A stretch of DNA of 64,000 bases, taken from the NCBI GenBank assembly GCA_964016885.1, contig OZ024743.1:302560001-302624000 (forward strand), in the 5' to 3' direction. Source of the DNA: Eledone cirrhosa. Lineage: Eukaryota. Numbering within the stretch: the stretch's first letter is position 1; each line of letters starts with the position of its first letter. Both the position numbers and the translations under genes were made by a program. Positions 50,830 through 64,000 of this stretch are shown in pieces. The notes below the pieces were generated by a model that ran no database searches, had not been told where the DNA came from, and saw only the letters and a list, made by a program, of their open reading frames with translations.

Positions 50830-53800
50830 TCCTTGAATCTCAGTCATTGATGTTGGTTAACAGTCATTGATGTTGGTTAACTGTTGGATTGAATATCAAG
50901 CCACTACCTGCAGCCTCAGATGTTCAGGACGTATCGGAGGGTTCTTGCTGTTCCAAGCAAGCATGCCTTTTGAAGCGTTCCAAAAAGCGTGAAGGGGCCG
51001 ATTTTCTTTAACCATCCCTGGAAACTTTTGGAGATAGTCCCCAGTGCGCCTATGACAATCGGGATCACTTTGACTTCATGGCAGTTCCAAATCATTTTCA
51101 CCTCCCACTTTAGGTCCTGGTATCGGTTAATTTTCTCCCTCTCCTTCTCTTGCACTCTCGTGTCGAACGGACAGGCCACATCCACAATCAGGCACGATCT
51201 TTTTTCTTTGTCCACAACCACCAGGCCAGGTCTATTGTGTTCCAGTTTTTTGTCCGTCTGTATCCTAAAATCCCACAGCACCTTCACCTGATTGTTCTCC
51301 ATCACCGCCTCTGGCCTATGCTCATACCATTTCTCAGAATGTGGTAAATTGTTTACTTTGCACAGGTGCCAGTGGATCACCCTGCCCATCACATCGTGTC
51401 TCCAGCCCTTATAGTGGGTCTGGGCTAGGTGTTTACACTCGGACACAATGTGAGCCACAGTCTCCTCTCTCTCTCCACAGATCCTGCACAGTGGGCTAGC
51501 CTCCTCCTTGTAGATATGGTGCTTCAACCACTTCGTTTTGAGGGCCTGCTCCTGCGCAGCCATTAGCATTCCTTCTGTAGCCTTTTTGAGGTCTCCTCTT
51601 CTCAACCCGTTCCATGTCTGTGGATCTCTAAATTCAGTTTTCTCAAAGAAGGTACTATGAAGGGATTTTCCCTTAAGGCTGCTCTTCCTCCTTGATGTTA
51701 TTTCCTCCTTGGACATCCCCTGGCCTACTGTCCCCTCCTTCAGTACAGTTCTGAGCATTGGCTCCTTACTATAGGTCACGTATTTGTATAGGTTGTTTTT
51801 CTCCATCTGAACACAGTCCTCTATGCTGATAAGACCTCTTCCACCCTCAGATCTCCTTAGGTAGAGTCTATCGACATCACTCCTCTTGTGGAACATGTTG
51901 TAGATAGTCAATAGCTTCCTAGTCTTCCTATCCATTTCTTTTTGTTCAGCAACATTCCATCTCAGAATTCCCGCACTGTACCTAATAATAGACACAGCTC
52001 GGGAATTTACTGCGCTTATGGCATTTCTGCTGTTCAGATGTGACTTCAATACGCTCCTTACTCTCCGAATGTATTCAGTTCTTAACAAATCCTTCATTTT
52101 TTTTTGTTCTTTATGCCATCAGCCTCCAGAACGCCCAAATACTTGTATCCTTCCTCAGAGTCAATTTCCTTTATCATCTCACCTGTTGGTATCTGGATCC
52201 CGTCACTTCTGCTCAACCTACCCCTCTTCATCACAATGACTCCACATTTACCAATACCAAACTGCATACATATATCACTGCTGAAAATACGGACAGTGTC
52301 AACAAGCACATCCAACTCCTTCTCACTTTTCCCGAAGAGCTTAAGATCGTCCATGAAGAGGAGGTGATTGATGGTAAGCTCTCCCCTTCCCAACTTGTAT
52401 CCTGCTCTCACTTTTCGCAGCATAATGGTCAAGGGCATCAGGGCAAGGACAAACAACAGAGGGGACAGGCTATCTCCCTGGAAGATACCTCTCTTGATCT
52501 TCACGCTTCCTAAGGATACTCCAGTTGATGTCAACTCTGTCTCCCAGGACACCATACTCCTGCCTAGCAACTGTCTGATGTTATCTGCCACCCTGAAGAT
52601 CTCCAGGCTTTTGGTGATCCAGGAATGAGGCACCATGTCAAATGCCTTTCTGTAGTCTATCCATCCCATGGCAAGATCAGTGTGTCTCCTCCTGCAATTC
52701 CCCATTACCATCTTATCAATAAGTAACTGGTCCTTTGTACCACGTGACTTCTTTCGGCATCCTTTCTGTTCGTCCGGTAACAAGTTGTTTGTGTGGAGGT
52801 GATGGTAGATTTCCTCAGACACAATGCTCGTCAACAGTTTCCACATTACGGACAGACATGTGATAGGTCTATAGTTGGTAACATCATTACCCTTGATTCG
52901 GTCTTTCATTATCAGAACTGTGGTACCTTTTGTCAACCACTCTGGCACATCACCCGACACCAAGCAGTCATTGAACATGGCCGTCAGCTTCGGGTGGAGG
53001 GATGTTAAATGTTTAATCCAATACCCCTGCACACCATCTGGGCCTGGCGATTTCCAGTTGGTTAGTTTTTTGGCCTGCCCCTTAAGAGTTTCAACTGTGA
53101 TACTCAAATCAGTTTGTTGTTGTGCCTGCTCACCGATCTCCCCCTGTACTGTCTCAATCCACCCTGCCTGGGCATTGTGTCTAACATCCTGCTCCCATAT
53201 TCCTCTCCAGAATGTTTTAGTTTGCTCCGCCCCAGGGATCAAGTCGTTGCCTCTTTCTTTGCCCTCAAGCTGTCCAAACAGCATCTTCTGGTTGTTGTCG
53301 AACATGCGGTTCTGTTTATACTGACTGACTCTGTTCTCGTATCGCCTGATTTTTGCACTCTTTGCTACAATGCGTTGCTTCAGTTCCTCTATGATAATAT
53401 TTAGCTTTTTCCTCCTAGTTTTGTATTTTATTTCCAGTCTATTTTTAGTGCCTATGTTTTTTAGTGTCCCATTCAGTAGTGACTCAAGCTTTCCTATGTC
53501 ATTTCTCATTTCCCCGATTTGCCCACTCAGTCGCCTCTTCAACCACGGCTCTGCTCTTTCTTGTCTGTTGTTTCCTCTCGCTTTTATACCAAATAGTTTC
53601 CTCACCGTATTTGCTGTTGCTTTGAGGATATTGTTGCACTGGTGAAGGCTCCTCGCCTCAAGGTATGGGATGACTTTGTTTACCTTAGCTGTTGTTTCTT
53701 TTAACTTTTTCCTGTCTACAAATCTTAGGTTCATAGGTCTCCCACTATCATTGTTCAATTCATCTACCACTGAATTTAGGATGTCAACCGAATCTTGTCC

Positions 53801-54477
53801 TGGCCGTCAGCATTCATCTCCTCAGTGGCCGTATCTCTGTTCCAGGTATTATTTATCTCAGTATTCAGATCATTGTCTGCTTCGGGTGGTTCCTCCGTTC
53901 TCAGGACCTCTTCACCTTCATTTCCCACTGGCTCGCTTGTCTGGCATACTACACCCGCCATCTCCAAGCCATTCTCTCTGCTCAGTTCCTCCAGTTCCAG
54001 CTCGCTTATCCATCCATTAGTTCTTATTACCCGAGCCTGCCCGGCCAATTTTTGTTCATCTAATTTAAATAAACCCATCTCGTTCCAGATGTTATGCATC
54101 CGTCTCCTGTAGCCCCTCTCCTTGGGGTTACTTTTCAGGTAACATTGCATAACAGTTCTATTCAATTCTTTCGTCCAGTTGGTTCTGGCCCCTTTCCTTC
54201 TTCTCCTTCCTCCAACATCAGCAGTATTTGGTTGACAGTCAGGTTCCTGCTGCTGAGCCAGGGGGCACCTGTTGGGTGAGAGTCTGTCACATGACGTTCT
54301 AGTCTCCATTTCACCGTTATTCGAACTGTTTATGTTCGATATTTAAACACTCTTATCGAGGATTGGCGAATGTATGGTTACATATCCATCTGTGGATCCG
54401 CCATTCCACTTGGCTCTTGTGTGGCACTATCACCACGCTGTATACGAACACACATAAACAAACAAACACACAGGCAG
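50830..54477 (-). mobile_element. Full-length R4/Dong-like LINE, family 1, flanked by (TAA)n on both sides
   Basis: A single ORF 54309->50916 is split by two frameshifts. Motifs NWKSPGPDGVQGYWIK, GIFQGDSLSPLLF, INHLLFMDDLKLF, CRICGEREETVAHIVSEC, RPGLVVVD..IVDVACP..RYQDL. Confidence 0.95.
50916..54309 (-). pseudogene. R4-clade RT/RLE polyprotein, frameshifted (53776..54309, 52094..53770, 50916..52097)
   Basis: Three long abutting ORFs. The RLE PD motif reads PG here but PD in the 39279-39776 copy. Confidence 0.9.
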
Positions 54478-54579
54478 ATTATTATTATTATTATTATTAT
54501 TATTATTGTTATTATTAATGTTATTATTACTGGAAATATGTTGCTTATTTTGTTGTTTTATATATTACTACTTCTTTAC

Positions 54580-54770
54580 TAATAATTGTTTCTACGTTAG
54601 GCACAAGGCTACCAATAACCCAGTGTATTACTGGTACTTAATTTTATCGACCCCGTAAGGATGAAAGGCAAATTAACCTCGGCGGGATTTGAACTCAGAA
54701 TGGCAAGAGCAGTAACTCTATGCGTCAAATCATGGCGTCCGACCCTCTACCAATACTACCAATCCACTAC
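54580..54770 (-). mobile_element. tRNA-derived SINE with flanking direct repeat actacttctttactaataat
   Basis: Same family as 25752-25942. The duplication lies at ~54567-54586 and ~54766-54785. Confidence 0.88.
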
Positions 54771-54795
54771 TTCTTTACTAATAATATTATAAGTA

Positions 54796-54900
54796 CTGCC
54801 GCGGTTAACTTTGCCTTTCATCCTTACGGGGGTCGATCAAATAAAGTACCTGTAATGCACTGGATAATTGTTGGCTTTGTGCCAAAGTAGAAACAAATAT
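54796..54900 (+). mobile_element. 5'-truncated SINE
   Basis: ggttaactttgcctttcatccttacgggggtcgat..aaagtacc..gtagaaacaaat. Confidence 0.8.
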
Positions 54901-55544
54901 TATATGTAACTATATCCAAGAGATATACTAATTTGAATGGTATATTTTTATCTATCGTTGTGTGGTAATAGTATTGTTATCTTCATAGCTTCCTTTTTAT
55001 TTACGTAGTGAAACTAAACATAAATGTAAAGTATATATGAAAAATAATTCTATAAGTGTCCAAGTTACACGCCGAGAGTGAAAACCTAGACTACGCAACT
55101 GAAAGGGGGACTGTCACCGAACGTCGTAGTGGAAAATTACCTTGAAAATCAGGAAGAATATAGTCGTCATATGCAATTGATTCCGACCAATGTATAGTTT
55201 CATTAAAATTGATCTCTATTTGGACGTCATCATGATGTAAATGTGAATGTCTAATTACTAAGACAAACAGACAGATGTCAGTGTTTGGTCATTGAAACAT
55301 AATTTAACAGTTGCCCAACATGTGGTCTACACACTAAAGTAACGAAACTTTCACCGAATGAGTGCAGCGCCGTTACCCACCCTCGGCTATATATATATAG
55401 CCAAAAGTAAAAAGAAATTCAAACACAAACTGGCACGAAAGTCGATGTGCTTATTCACGTGACTGCATCGTCAACCAAACAAATTTCACTCAGATATGAA
55501 AAAGCAATCTGAGCCCCCCCCCCCTTTTTTTACCAAATTACTTT

Positions 55545-55770
55545 TTCAAAAAACCTAGCATTTCGAGCAATTTTTTCCCATATAAAACAGAAGTAACATT
55601 CGAACACCAACCAGATGGGAGAAAACACTACAAACCCTCCATCTCAATTCTACTTTTGAAAAGCCCAAGAACTGCGAAACCGGTAAGGGAACCAAATAAA
55701 TATATATTTTTCTAAAAAAGACTGCAGTTGCATTTTCGATTTCATCTTTTTTCCCTATACTTTCACTCGT
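55545..55770 (+). repeat. Second copy of the 2365-2580 repeat, with an HHR-like motif at 55648-55691
   Basis: ttctactt-ttgaaaa-gccc-aagaa-ctgc-gaaa-ccgg-ta-agggaa, with helix II disrupted. Confidence 0.8.
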
Positions 55771-55845
55771 GTAGGACATCTAGTTTGTTTTCATTCTGTA
55801 AAAAAAACTCATAATAATGATATATATATACACACACACACACAC

Positions 55846-55916
<71 letters not shown>

Positions 55917-55918
<2 letters not shown>

Positions 55919-56164
55919 ATCAAGGTTTAGCAAATAAGAAAAAGTTTCAAAATAAATTTTTAAAAATTAACTTTACCTGCTATAGTTACCTTTACCGAAT
56001 CGGTTTCGAGTCTCAAAAATAAACGGAGTCCATACGCCATCCATTGCAAAGAAAAACCCTCGTCAGAAGTATTGAAACCGATTCGGTAAAGGTAACCATA
56101 GTAGGTAAAGTTAATTTTTAAAAATTAATTTTGAAACTTTTTCTTATTTGCTAAACCTTGATTA
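55917..56164. repeat. Fold-back element (~90 bp arms) next to (TA)n
   Basis: taatcaaggtttagcaaataagaaaaagtttcaaaat...ttacctttaccgaatcggtttc / gaaaccgattcggtaaaggtaa...ttttgaaactttttcttatttgctaaaccttgatta. Confidence 0.92.
55986..56071 (-). ncRNA. Type I hammerhead ribozyme with a large loop 2
   Basis: UACUU-CUGACGA-GGGUUUU...GAGACUC-GAAA-CCGAUUCGG-UA-AAGGUA: canonical core, near-palindromic helix III, GUA site. Confidence 0.72.
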
Positions 56165-56271
56165 TATATGTTCTGGCTCGTTAATTTATTAACCTGCCAT
56201 TGAACCACATTGGCTATGGCTGGACAATACATGTGGCTCATAGTGCCTTGTGCGTGTAGGAACACATATTC

Positions 56272-56340
<69 letters not shown>

Positions 56341-56393
56341 CACAGTATATATATATAAATATACACGAGTGTGTATGATTGTGTATAGAATAT

Positions 56394-57356
56394 TATATTA
56401 ATAAAAGGAATTCCAAGTTTGTCTGATTGGCTCGTTTTATTTACAATCCTTTAAAAATTATAATGATATTATAATTAACTAGTATGCTGTAATATTAAAT
56501 GTTAAGTGTTAATTGAACAAGTATGTTCATGCTTTCGCAATCTTAAGTATCATATTCTATAGTGGCAGTCAAGTTTGACATTTTTAACTGTAATGAGATG
56601 GATAAATTATGTGCCTTACATACAGTAAAAAGGGGCTACAGAATGCTAAGTTTTACAAACTCTATTTCGACCAATCGGTGTGTAGTTTCACTAGATTATT
56701 AAAGCTGATTGGTTTAGGCGTCACGGTTGATTGAGCATGTTTATCGACTTCTATTTGACACTATCCAAAGCATCAATTGTTTTGCTATTTTTAGAAATGA
56801 TGAAAATAGCATTTTCTATGGTTTTTATAAAAACTCTTCATAAATCATCAACATCAACATCACTTTTATTATTATTGTTATTGTAATAAAAGTGATGTTG
56901 ATGTTGATGATTACTGAAGATTTTTTATAAAAACCATAGAAAATGCTATTTTCATAATTTCTAGAAATAGCAAAACAATTGATGCTTTGGATAGGGTCAA
57001 ATAGAAGTCGTTAGACATGCTCAACCAACCGTGACACCTAAACCAATTAGTTTTAGTAAAGTGAAACTACACACCGATTGGTCGAAATACAGTTTGCAAA
57101 ACTTAGCATTCTGTAGCCCCTTTTTACTGTATATAAGGCATAGAATTTACCCATCTCATTACAGTTGAAAATTGCAAACTTGACTGTCACCACACATTAT
57201 GAACCTGAAGATTGCGAAAGCATGAAAATACTTGTTCAATTAACACTTAATATTTAATATTCTACCATGCTCTTTCATTATAATATCATAATAATTTTAA
57301 AGGATTGTAAATAAAACGAACGAGTAAATCAGACAAAGTTGGAAATCCTTTTATTA

Positions 57357-57360
<4 letters not shown>
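56394..57360. repeat. Large fold-back inverted repeat (~480 bp arms, centre ~56875)
   Basis: cagtaaaaaggggctacagaatgctaagtttt / aaaacttagcattctgtagcccctttttactg and other matched blocks. TA-rich flanks. Confidence 0.93.
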
Positions 57361-57393
<33 letters not shown>

Positions 57394-57721
57394 TATATGA
57401 TCTGGTTAAACTAAACTAACAACGTATTTAAAATTGAGTGGCACAGCTCCAAGTGTTCAGCAATTTTACACAACAACTTTATCAATGAAACAATAGTTAG
57501 ACTGTAAATAAAACTCTTTTTTGTACTGTTGACTATGTTATACTTCACACTTTCAATATTATTAGTCGAAGATAAACTTACATAGGAATGCAAGAGAACT
57601 CATAAACTCGCCAACTACGTAGGCCCCCTGCTGACTAAAAAAACGCCGTAGGCTAAAACTATCCATAATACGAAATATTCACAACCTCTAACTGGATTAC
57701 CTATAACGATATTTTGTTATC

Positions 57722-57825
<104 letters not shown>

Positions 57826-58212
57826 AATAGAGCAGAAACGGCACTGTTCATCACCAGTGATCTTCTGACTATCATCGGTATTTCTTCGCATTAAAGACCA
57901 GATACCTCAAAATCAGTGTGAGCAATACCTAAAATAAATTATGGGGACAGAGCGAATTTGATGTAGAAAGAGGGACAGAAAAAAAACAAAATAGTAATGG
58001 CAAGTAAAGAGAGGAAATGAGAGACATGCCAATGATACATGTGAACTTAAGTTCGAACAAATCAACGACGAGAAAACGGCAGACGCGACCGAACCCTGCA
58101 AAATGTGAGCGAGAAAAGGATTTTACACAGGTCATATATATATATATGAAGTGGCTGTTAATATTTCTGGCAATATTATAAAAATATCAGCCTCCGCGAG
58201 TATAATAATATG

Positions 58213-58251
<39 letters not shown>

Positions 58252-58444
58252 ATACTTGCGCCGGGTCATATTGTTGTAATAATATTGCCAGAAATAATAA
58301 CAGAACACACTCACTGTTTGGTCAGTTTTCGCCGCTTCTGCATATTTTAAATCCCCATACTTAATTTATTTTTAAGTGGAGAAGGCTTGTGTAGGACAAA
58401 ATATACTTTTAGGAACTGATGACACATATATTCGGTGCAAATGA

Positions 58445-58711
58445 TTGCCAGGGAATATACGACAGCCTTCATCTTCTTATGTCTCAGAGTTTAACCTCTC
58501 AGTATATGAAAAAAAAATACTATTTGGATGGCCGTTGACTGAGCTCCTCCGCCCTCCGCAGGGCCTTGTTTTTCATCCCGCAGCGTGTCCAAATATCACC
58601 CTCCTCACCAAGCAAAGTTTGTGGGGTTGCTGGTTTAGTTGCCGACGAGTCGACCATGAGACAGAGGTTGTACTGTTACCAGTAGCTCTCAGGAGAGAAC
58701 TGACAACCCCA
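58445..58711 (-). mobile_element. GC-richer structured segment resembling an RTE-type LINE 5' UTR
   Basis: ggggttgtcagttctctcctgagagc...ttggtgaggagggtgatatttggac..cgggatgaaaaacaaggccc. Recognition is by resemblance only. Confidence 0.4.
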
Positions 58712-58726
58712 CTCTCTCTCTCTCTG

Positions 58727-58758
<32 letters not shown>

Positions 58759-58845
58759 AAAACTATAATAAAGTCAGGCGTGCGGGACTACGTACAGTTT
58801 ATTTATTTTAGTGCAGTTAGTAAAATAAGTTGGATTACTTTGAAT

Positions 58846-59038
58846 AAATAATTGTTTCTACTTTTGGTACAAGGCCAGCAATTATTCCAGTGTATTACTG
58901 GTACTTTATTTTATCGACCCGTAAGGATGAAAGGCAAAGTTAACCTCGGCATGATTTGAATTCAGATCATAAAGGGAGGTAACACTATGCTTCAAAGCAT
59001 GGCGTTGACCCACTACCGATACTGCCTATCCACCTCCC
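58846..59038 (-). mobile_element. tRNA-derived SINE, full length, flanking repeat ctttgaataaata
   Basis: Same family. The duplication lies at ~58838-58850 and ~59038-59050. Confidence 0.9.
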
Positions 59039-59921
59039 TTTGAATAAATATTGAATTAATATTACATAATTTATCTACGTATTTCCGTAGCTGTCGATTA
59101 GATAGATTTTACTGCTTAATTAAAGATTCACTCCTTTAAAACTTTCAAATGACACCACTTGTGGTTAGCGATCGCTTAAATAAACATTCATATATTTCCG
59201 TCACTAATTTATTCGTAATGCCGTTTATATATGATATCGTCTTTTTTTAATGCATCCTGGATTACGTTACTGATTACATAAGAGAGTGAAACGCAGTCTT
59301 CGTTCAATTTCTTCGTACATTGTCAATTACGATTTTATTTGATGTATCATATGTACATGCGTATTATATCAATATGCACACTACACATGTTAGCAGAAAA
59401 CCACCCGAAGTGTGTTTTTTCTACTAGTACATGCATAACGTGTTGAAAGAAATAGAAGACCAAGCAATGCAAAATGGACTGTAAGGTGAGGTAACGAAAC
59501 GTAAGTTACCTGGTAATCTATATTTTTGATGTTTTTCTTTTGTTTTTTTGGTCTAATATATATAAATGCGTGCGTGTGAGTGTATGTCTGTATGTATATA
59601 ATTGGAGTTATGTAGGTTGAACTTTCTCATCTTGTTTATTCTACTTCGATTTATCTATTGTTTGGTAACCTGTCTTCGTTTTCTATTTGAATACACCTTG
59701 GCGAGTGCTTCTGGCATGGCATTTTTTAAAAATTTCAATAAATGCAAACGTGTGTTCTATGGAAATGGTCAAGCCTGGCTTAGCTTTTCTTTGGCGTGAC
59801 GTCACAGTTCACTAAACGTTGAGGACTGCTACTACTACATGATATTATAGAACGCTATACAGCACTTTCAATTACAGTGAGGTGAAGCCATGCTGATGAC
59901 AGGACTCCCCCTTCAAATTAC

Positions 59922-60095
59922 ATAACTGTTTCTACTTTTGGCACAAGGCCAGCAAATATCCCAGTGTATTACTGGTACTTTATTTTATCGACCCCGTAAG
60001 GATGAAAGGCAAAGTTAACCTCGGCAGACTTTGAACTCAGACCATAAAGGGCCGTAACTCTTTGCTGCAAAGCATGGCGTCAATACTGCTAATCC
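59922..60095 (-). mobile_element. tRNA-derived SINE
   Basis: tgtttctacttttggcacaaggccagc...tttatcgaccccgtaaggatgaaaggcaaagttaacctcggc..tttgaactcag. Confidence 0.88.
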
Positions 60096-60407
60096 AAATA
60101 ACATAATGCAAAATAACATTGCCTAATCTCTGCAAATGGTTGATCTGCTTGGACCACGATGAGCAGAACAGGATCGTATGGACTGGTGCGTCGGTCCAGG
60201 AATCTCAAGTTTCCTAAACACAATAAGGCGTCTCCTCGCAGCTTAACGTATGTTTACACTCTAAACGGATGGTTTCGAATTTTGATAATTCAGACTGAAT
60301 TAGATTTTTCAGTGAATGAGAAACGACCGATACTGTGTCCATTCTATTCGATAAGCAACGTCTTTCTATTATATATATATATTTGAAAAAATGGTATGCA
60401 GCGCACG

Positions 60408-60942
<535 letters not shown>

Positions 60943-61899
60943 AATGCATTACTAAAAACTGAAATATTTTCTCGAAAATAATAACATAAAAACAATAATT
61001 CTCCATGAAAACCCTAGTTCAAGTGTGTCTTAAAATGATCAAACTGATTTACGAAACTCTGTCTCACCTGACGCCAATATACCCTGCTGAATGACTACCA
61101 TATATTCCAGACTCTTGACCATTTCGTTGAAAATATATGCCAAATCTAAATATCACTACCAATTACCCTTGTGAAATTCATCTGTTCTCGAACACCAAAA
61201 TGATATGCTACCGGAATATATATTTAGGAGCTAATGGTTAGTTATGCGAGTAAATTCACTTCAATATATATTTGCTGATGAATATTCAAACTTGGTATTG
61301 TACGAGTGCAATGATACATTTTATAGGCAGAAAAAATATAACGTAAATTTAAGTGAAACTATTTTCCTCACAAATTAAATGATCTACGATTAACTTACTC
61401 CAAACTTTCTCACGTTTATTGATACTCACCAGCTAACTATTTCAATTAAAACTTTAGTTTTTATATTTTAGTTTATTTACATCATGTGCACTGTACTGAT
61501 CCAATGTTAGATAAAATTACACCGTAAAAGTAAAATTGTATGCGGTCTTATTCTAGTGTTCTCACAAAGAGATTTACATTTATTCACTTTTTGAATGGTA
61601 TAACAACTATAAATCTATCAGTTTCACTATAGATCTTGATATTTTTCCTTTGAATTATTCTATATATACAATAAGTTGAATGATGTAAAACTTCACTCTC
61701 GTGCTAATATATATATAAGATTATGTTTCTAACATATTAAATATTACGTATGATATTCCATGCCATTTCATTTATTTCTTAGAAATCATTAGAATAGACA
61801 TTTATATTAGTGGAATAGTCAAATACTTAAATATTTCCCACATTAATATATTTGAATTTATGTATTTAATATTCCAGTTTATACTTTTATAGAATTACA

Positions 61900-61980
<81 letters not shown>

Positions 61981-61982
<2 letters not shown>

Positions 61983-64000
61983 ACCTCGTGCGTGCGACAG
62001 GTTCAGAAAAGAACTCACAGCCTTCTTTAAAGGCTTCAAGCTCTCTTTACATGTTGAGGCCAATATCTCGGTCGTTAATTACCTCGACGTTACCCTCAAT
62101 TTAAAGAATGGGTTGTATTACCCGTATAGAAAGCCGAATGATACGCTTAATTACACAAGTAAGCATTCCAACCATCCTGCCAGCATAACCAAGAACCTGG
62201 TAAGAAACGTTTCGTTGAGGCTTTCTCGTCTATCTACTAACGAGCATATTTTCAACGACCATTCCACTTTTTACAATGAAGTTCTTGCTCGGAGTGGATT
62301 TGTCAATAAGGTAGCATATACAGAGTACGAAAATAGACATAGAAGAAATAGATCCCGTCGCATTTGTTGGTATAATCCACCATATAATATGGAGGTGGAC
62401 ACACCATAAGATAAGATCTTTCTTTCCCTTATTACGAAGCATTTTCCCCCCTACACATAAATATAGGAACATTTTTAATAGAAATACTATTAAAATGTCT
62501 TACTCTACGACTCCTAACCTTGCACATAACATCACAGCTTCAAATTTAACTAAACTACCCAGCCGTAGGAACACGTGCAACCCTGTAGTTAGTACTAACT
62601 GTAATTGTAGGAATCGGGTTGATTGCCCCCTATCCGGGAAATGCCTCTCTAGTAACATTGTCTACAAATGAAAGGTTGTAACACCCACGTCCCGTAGGGC
62701 CTACATAGGGTTAACCGCCAATAGATTCAAGCAGCGTCTTTACAAGCATACCCATTCTTTTCGTTACCCTCTAAGAAGGAATATGACGTCACTTTCAGCT
62801 TATATCTGGAGTCTAAAAGACAACCACACCCAATATAAGTTACACTGGGAGATCCTAGCTAGGGCTAGATCGTATAACGGAAATAAAAGACCATGTGACC
62901 TCTGCGCCGCTGAGGCCCTGGAAATACTCTACGCCACAGACCACATCCTAAACAAAAAAATCTAAGGCAATTTCGGCTTGTAAACATAAATTGCACAAAA
63001 CTTTCTTGTATTACAGCCCCACGTTATACCCTAACGGATAGTACGATCTATACGTGGATATTTACGTCTCGATGTGGTAGCTAAGTTTATGTTTTGTTTA
63101 TACCATTACTTATTTGCATAGGTAAGTATATATTACCTGTATGTTTTGTGAAGGTACGTATACTTTCTCGTACGTATATTTGATTGTATATGTTATGGCG
63201 TATATATTTTTTTAAATATATTCTGGTACATATGGTTTGGTGTTGTGTATACGGGAGTTTTGCGTCTGTGTGAGTATGCAGGTTCGTACGTATGTTGGGT
63301 GTGTGTATATGTGTACTTCATGTTTTGGTTGACTTACGTCTGCGAACATCTGTGTATTTACATGTAGGTATGTGTGTGCGCTTCTTATATACGTATTTAT
63401 TTATTTATATACGTTTATTTAATTAATTATTTATTTGTATACACGCACACACACACACATATTTATATGTGCGTTGTTTTGTATACCTATGGCAAGGGTT
63501 TTCGCGTATGTTTGTGTATGTAGGTATTTGCATGCGTGTATGTATTTATTTAATTTCTTTACCTCTGTATTGTATTATATTTACTTTATTCTTAACTCTG
63601 AAGCGGAGATTCATTCGGTTTCCTAGTTAGAATTTTAGACTATTACTTCAGCTATACCATTTACCTGGTTTTGTCTTTGCGTGCAATTGTACTCCACGGT
63701 CCACGTACGACGTATTATCTTCGTTTTTTCCGTTCATTGCCAGAGAATGTCTCTATGAACCACCTAAGAGAAGATTAGTCTACGACTTCTTTTATACCAT
63801 ACACGTGGTTCTGTCTTTGGGGGTAAATGTTTTTCACCGCTCCTATTAATGACGTATTATATTCGTTTTTTCCCGTTCTTTGCCAGGGAACGCTTCCACG
63901 AACCAAGGGTATCGTCTTCCTGTCTTCCTCCGGTTGCAACGTTTTTTGAAATATCCACTTCCGCGTTTACAGATTGAGTTTGTTAGTTTCAGAAGATCCC
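61981..64000 (+). mobile_element. 5'-truncated Penelope-like element (RT thumb, GIY-YIG endonuclease, long 3' UTR), starts at (TA)n and runs off the window
   Basis: [82 protein letters not shown]. Confidence 0.9.

Noticed and set aside
54310-54477. HDV-like ribozyme in the 5' UTRs of the Dong-like elements (also 49600-49760)
   Set aside because: Hairpins exist but I could not build the double pseudoknot by eye.
62669-62671. In-frame TGA at a Cys-compatible position of the GIY-YIG domain (IVYK*KV) as selenocysteine
   Set aside because: The element also has a frameshift near 62405, so a simple nonsense mutation is more likely. No SECIS was identified. Only conservation across copies would revive this.

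Overview
Eukaryotic, AT-rich, microsatellite-saturated DNA. I infer an octopod cephalopod from the SINE family. I found no convincing host gene; most short ORFs are microsatellite artefacts. The window is a mosaic of decayed mobile elements: three Penelope-like elements (PLEs), two Tx1/L1-type LINEs, four R4/Dong-like restriction-endonuclease LINEs, several RTE fragments, a Chapaev3-like transposase remnant, a non-autonomous Helitron and about 10 tRNA-derived SINEs. The main hidden signal is a set of type I hammerhead ribozyme (HHR) motifs in non-coding repeats. Two unrelated ~0.5 kb tandem arrays carry an HHR in each full-length unit and end in an inverted copy, which is retrozyme-like (6591-8630, 9544-10650). 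A dispersed family has a compensatory U3-A8 core, one HHR sits inside a fold-back element, and variant HHR-like motifs occur at PLE ends. These elements are nearly always embedded in (TA)n and often form inverted repeats. LINEs also show apparent microsatellite targeting: one Tx1 sits in (GATA)n, and a ~15 kb LINE pile-up sits in (TAA)n. All structures were folded by eye and coordinates are approximate.
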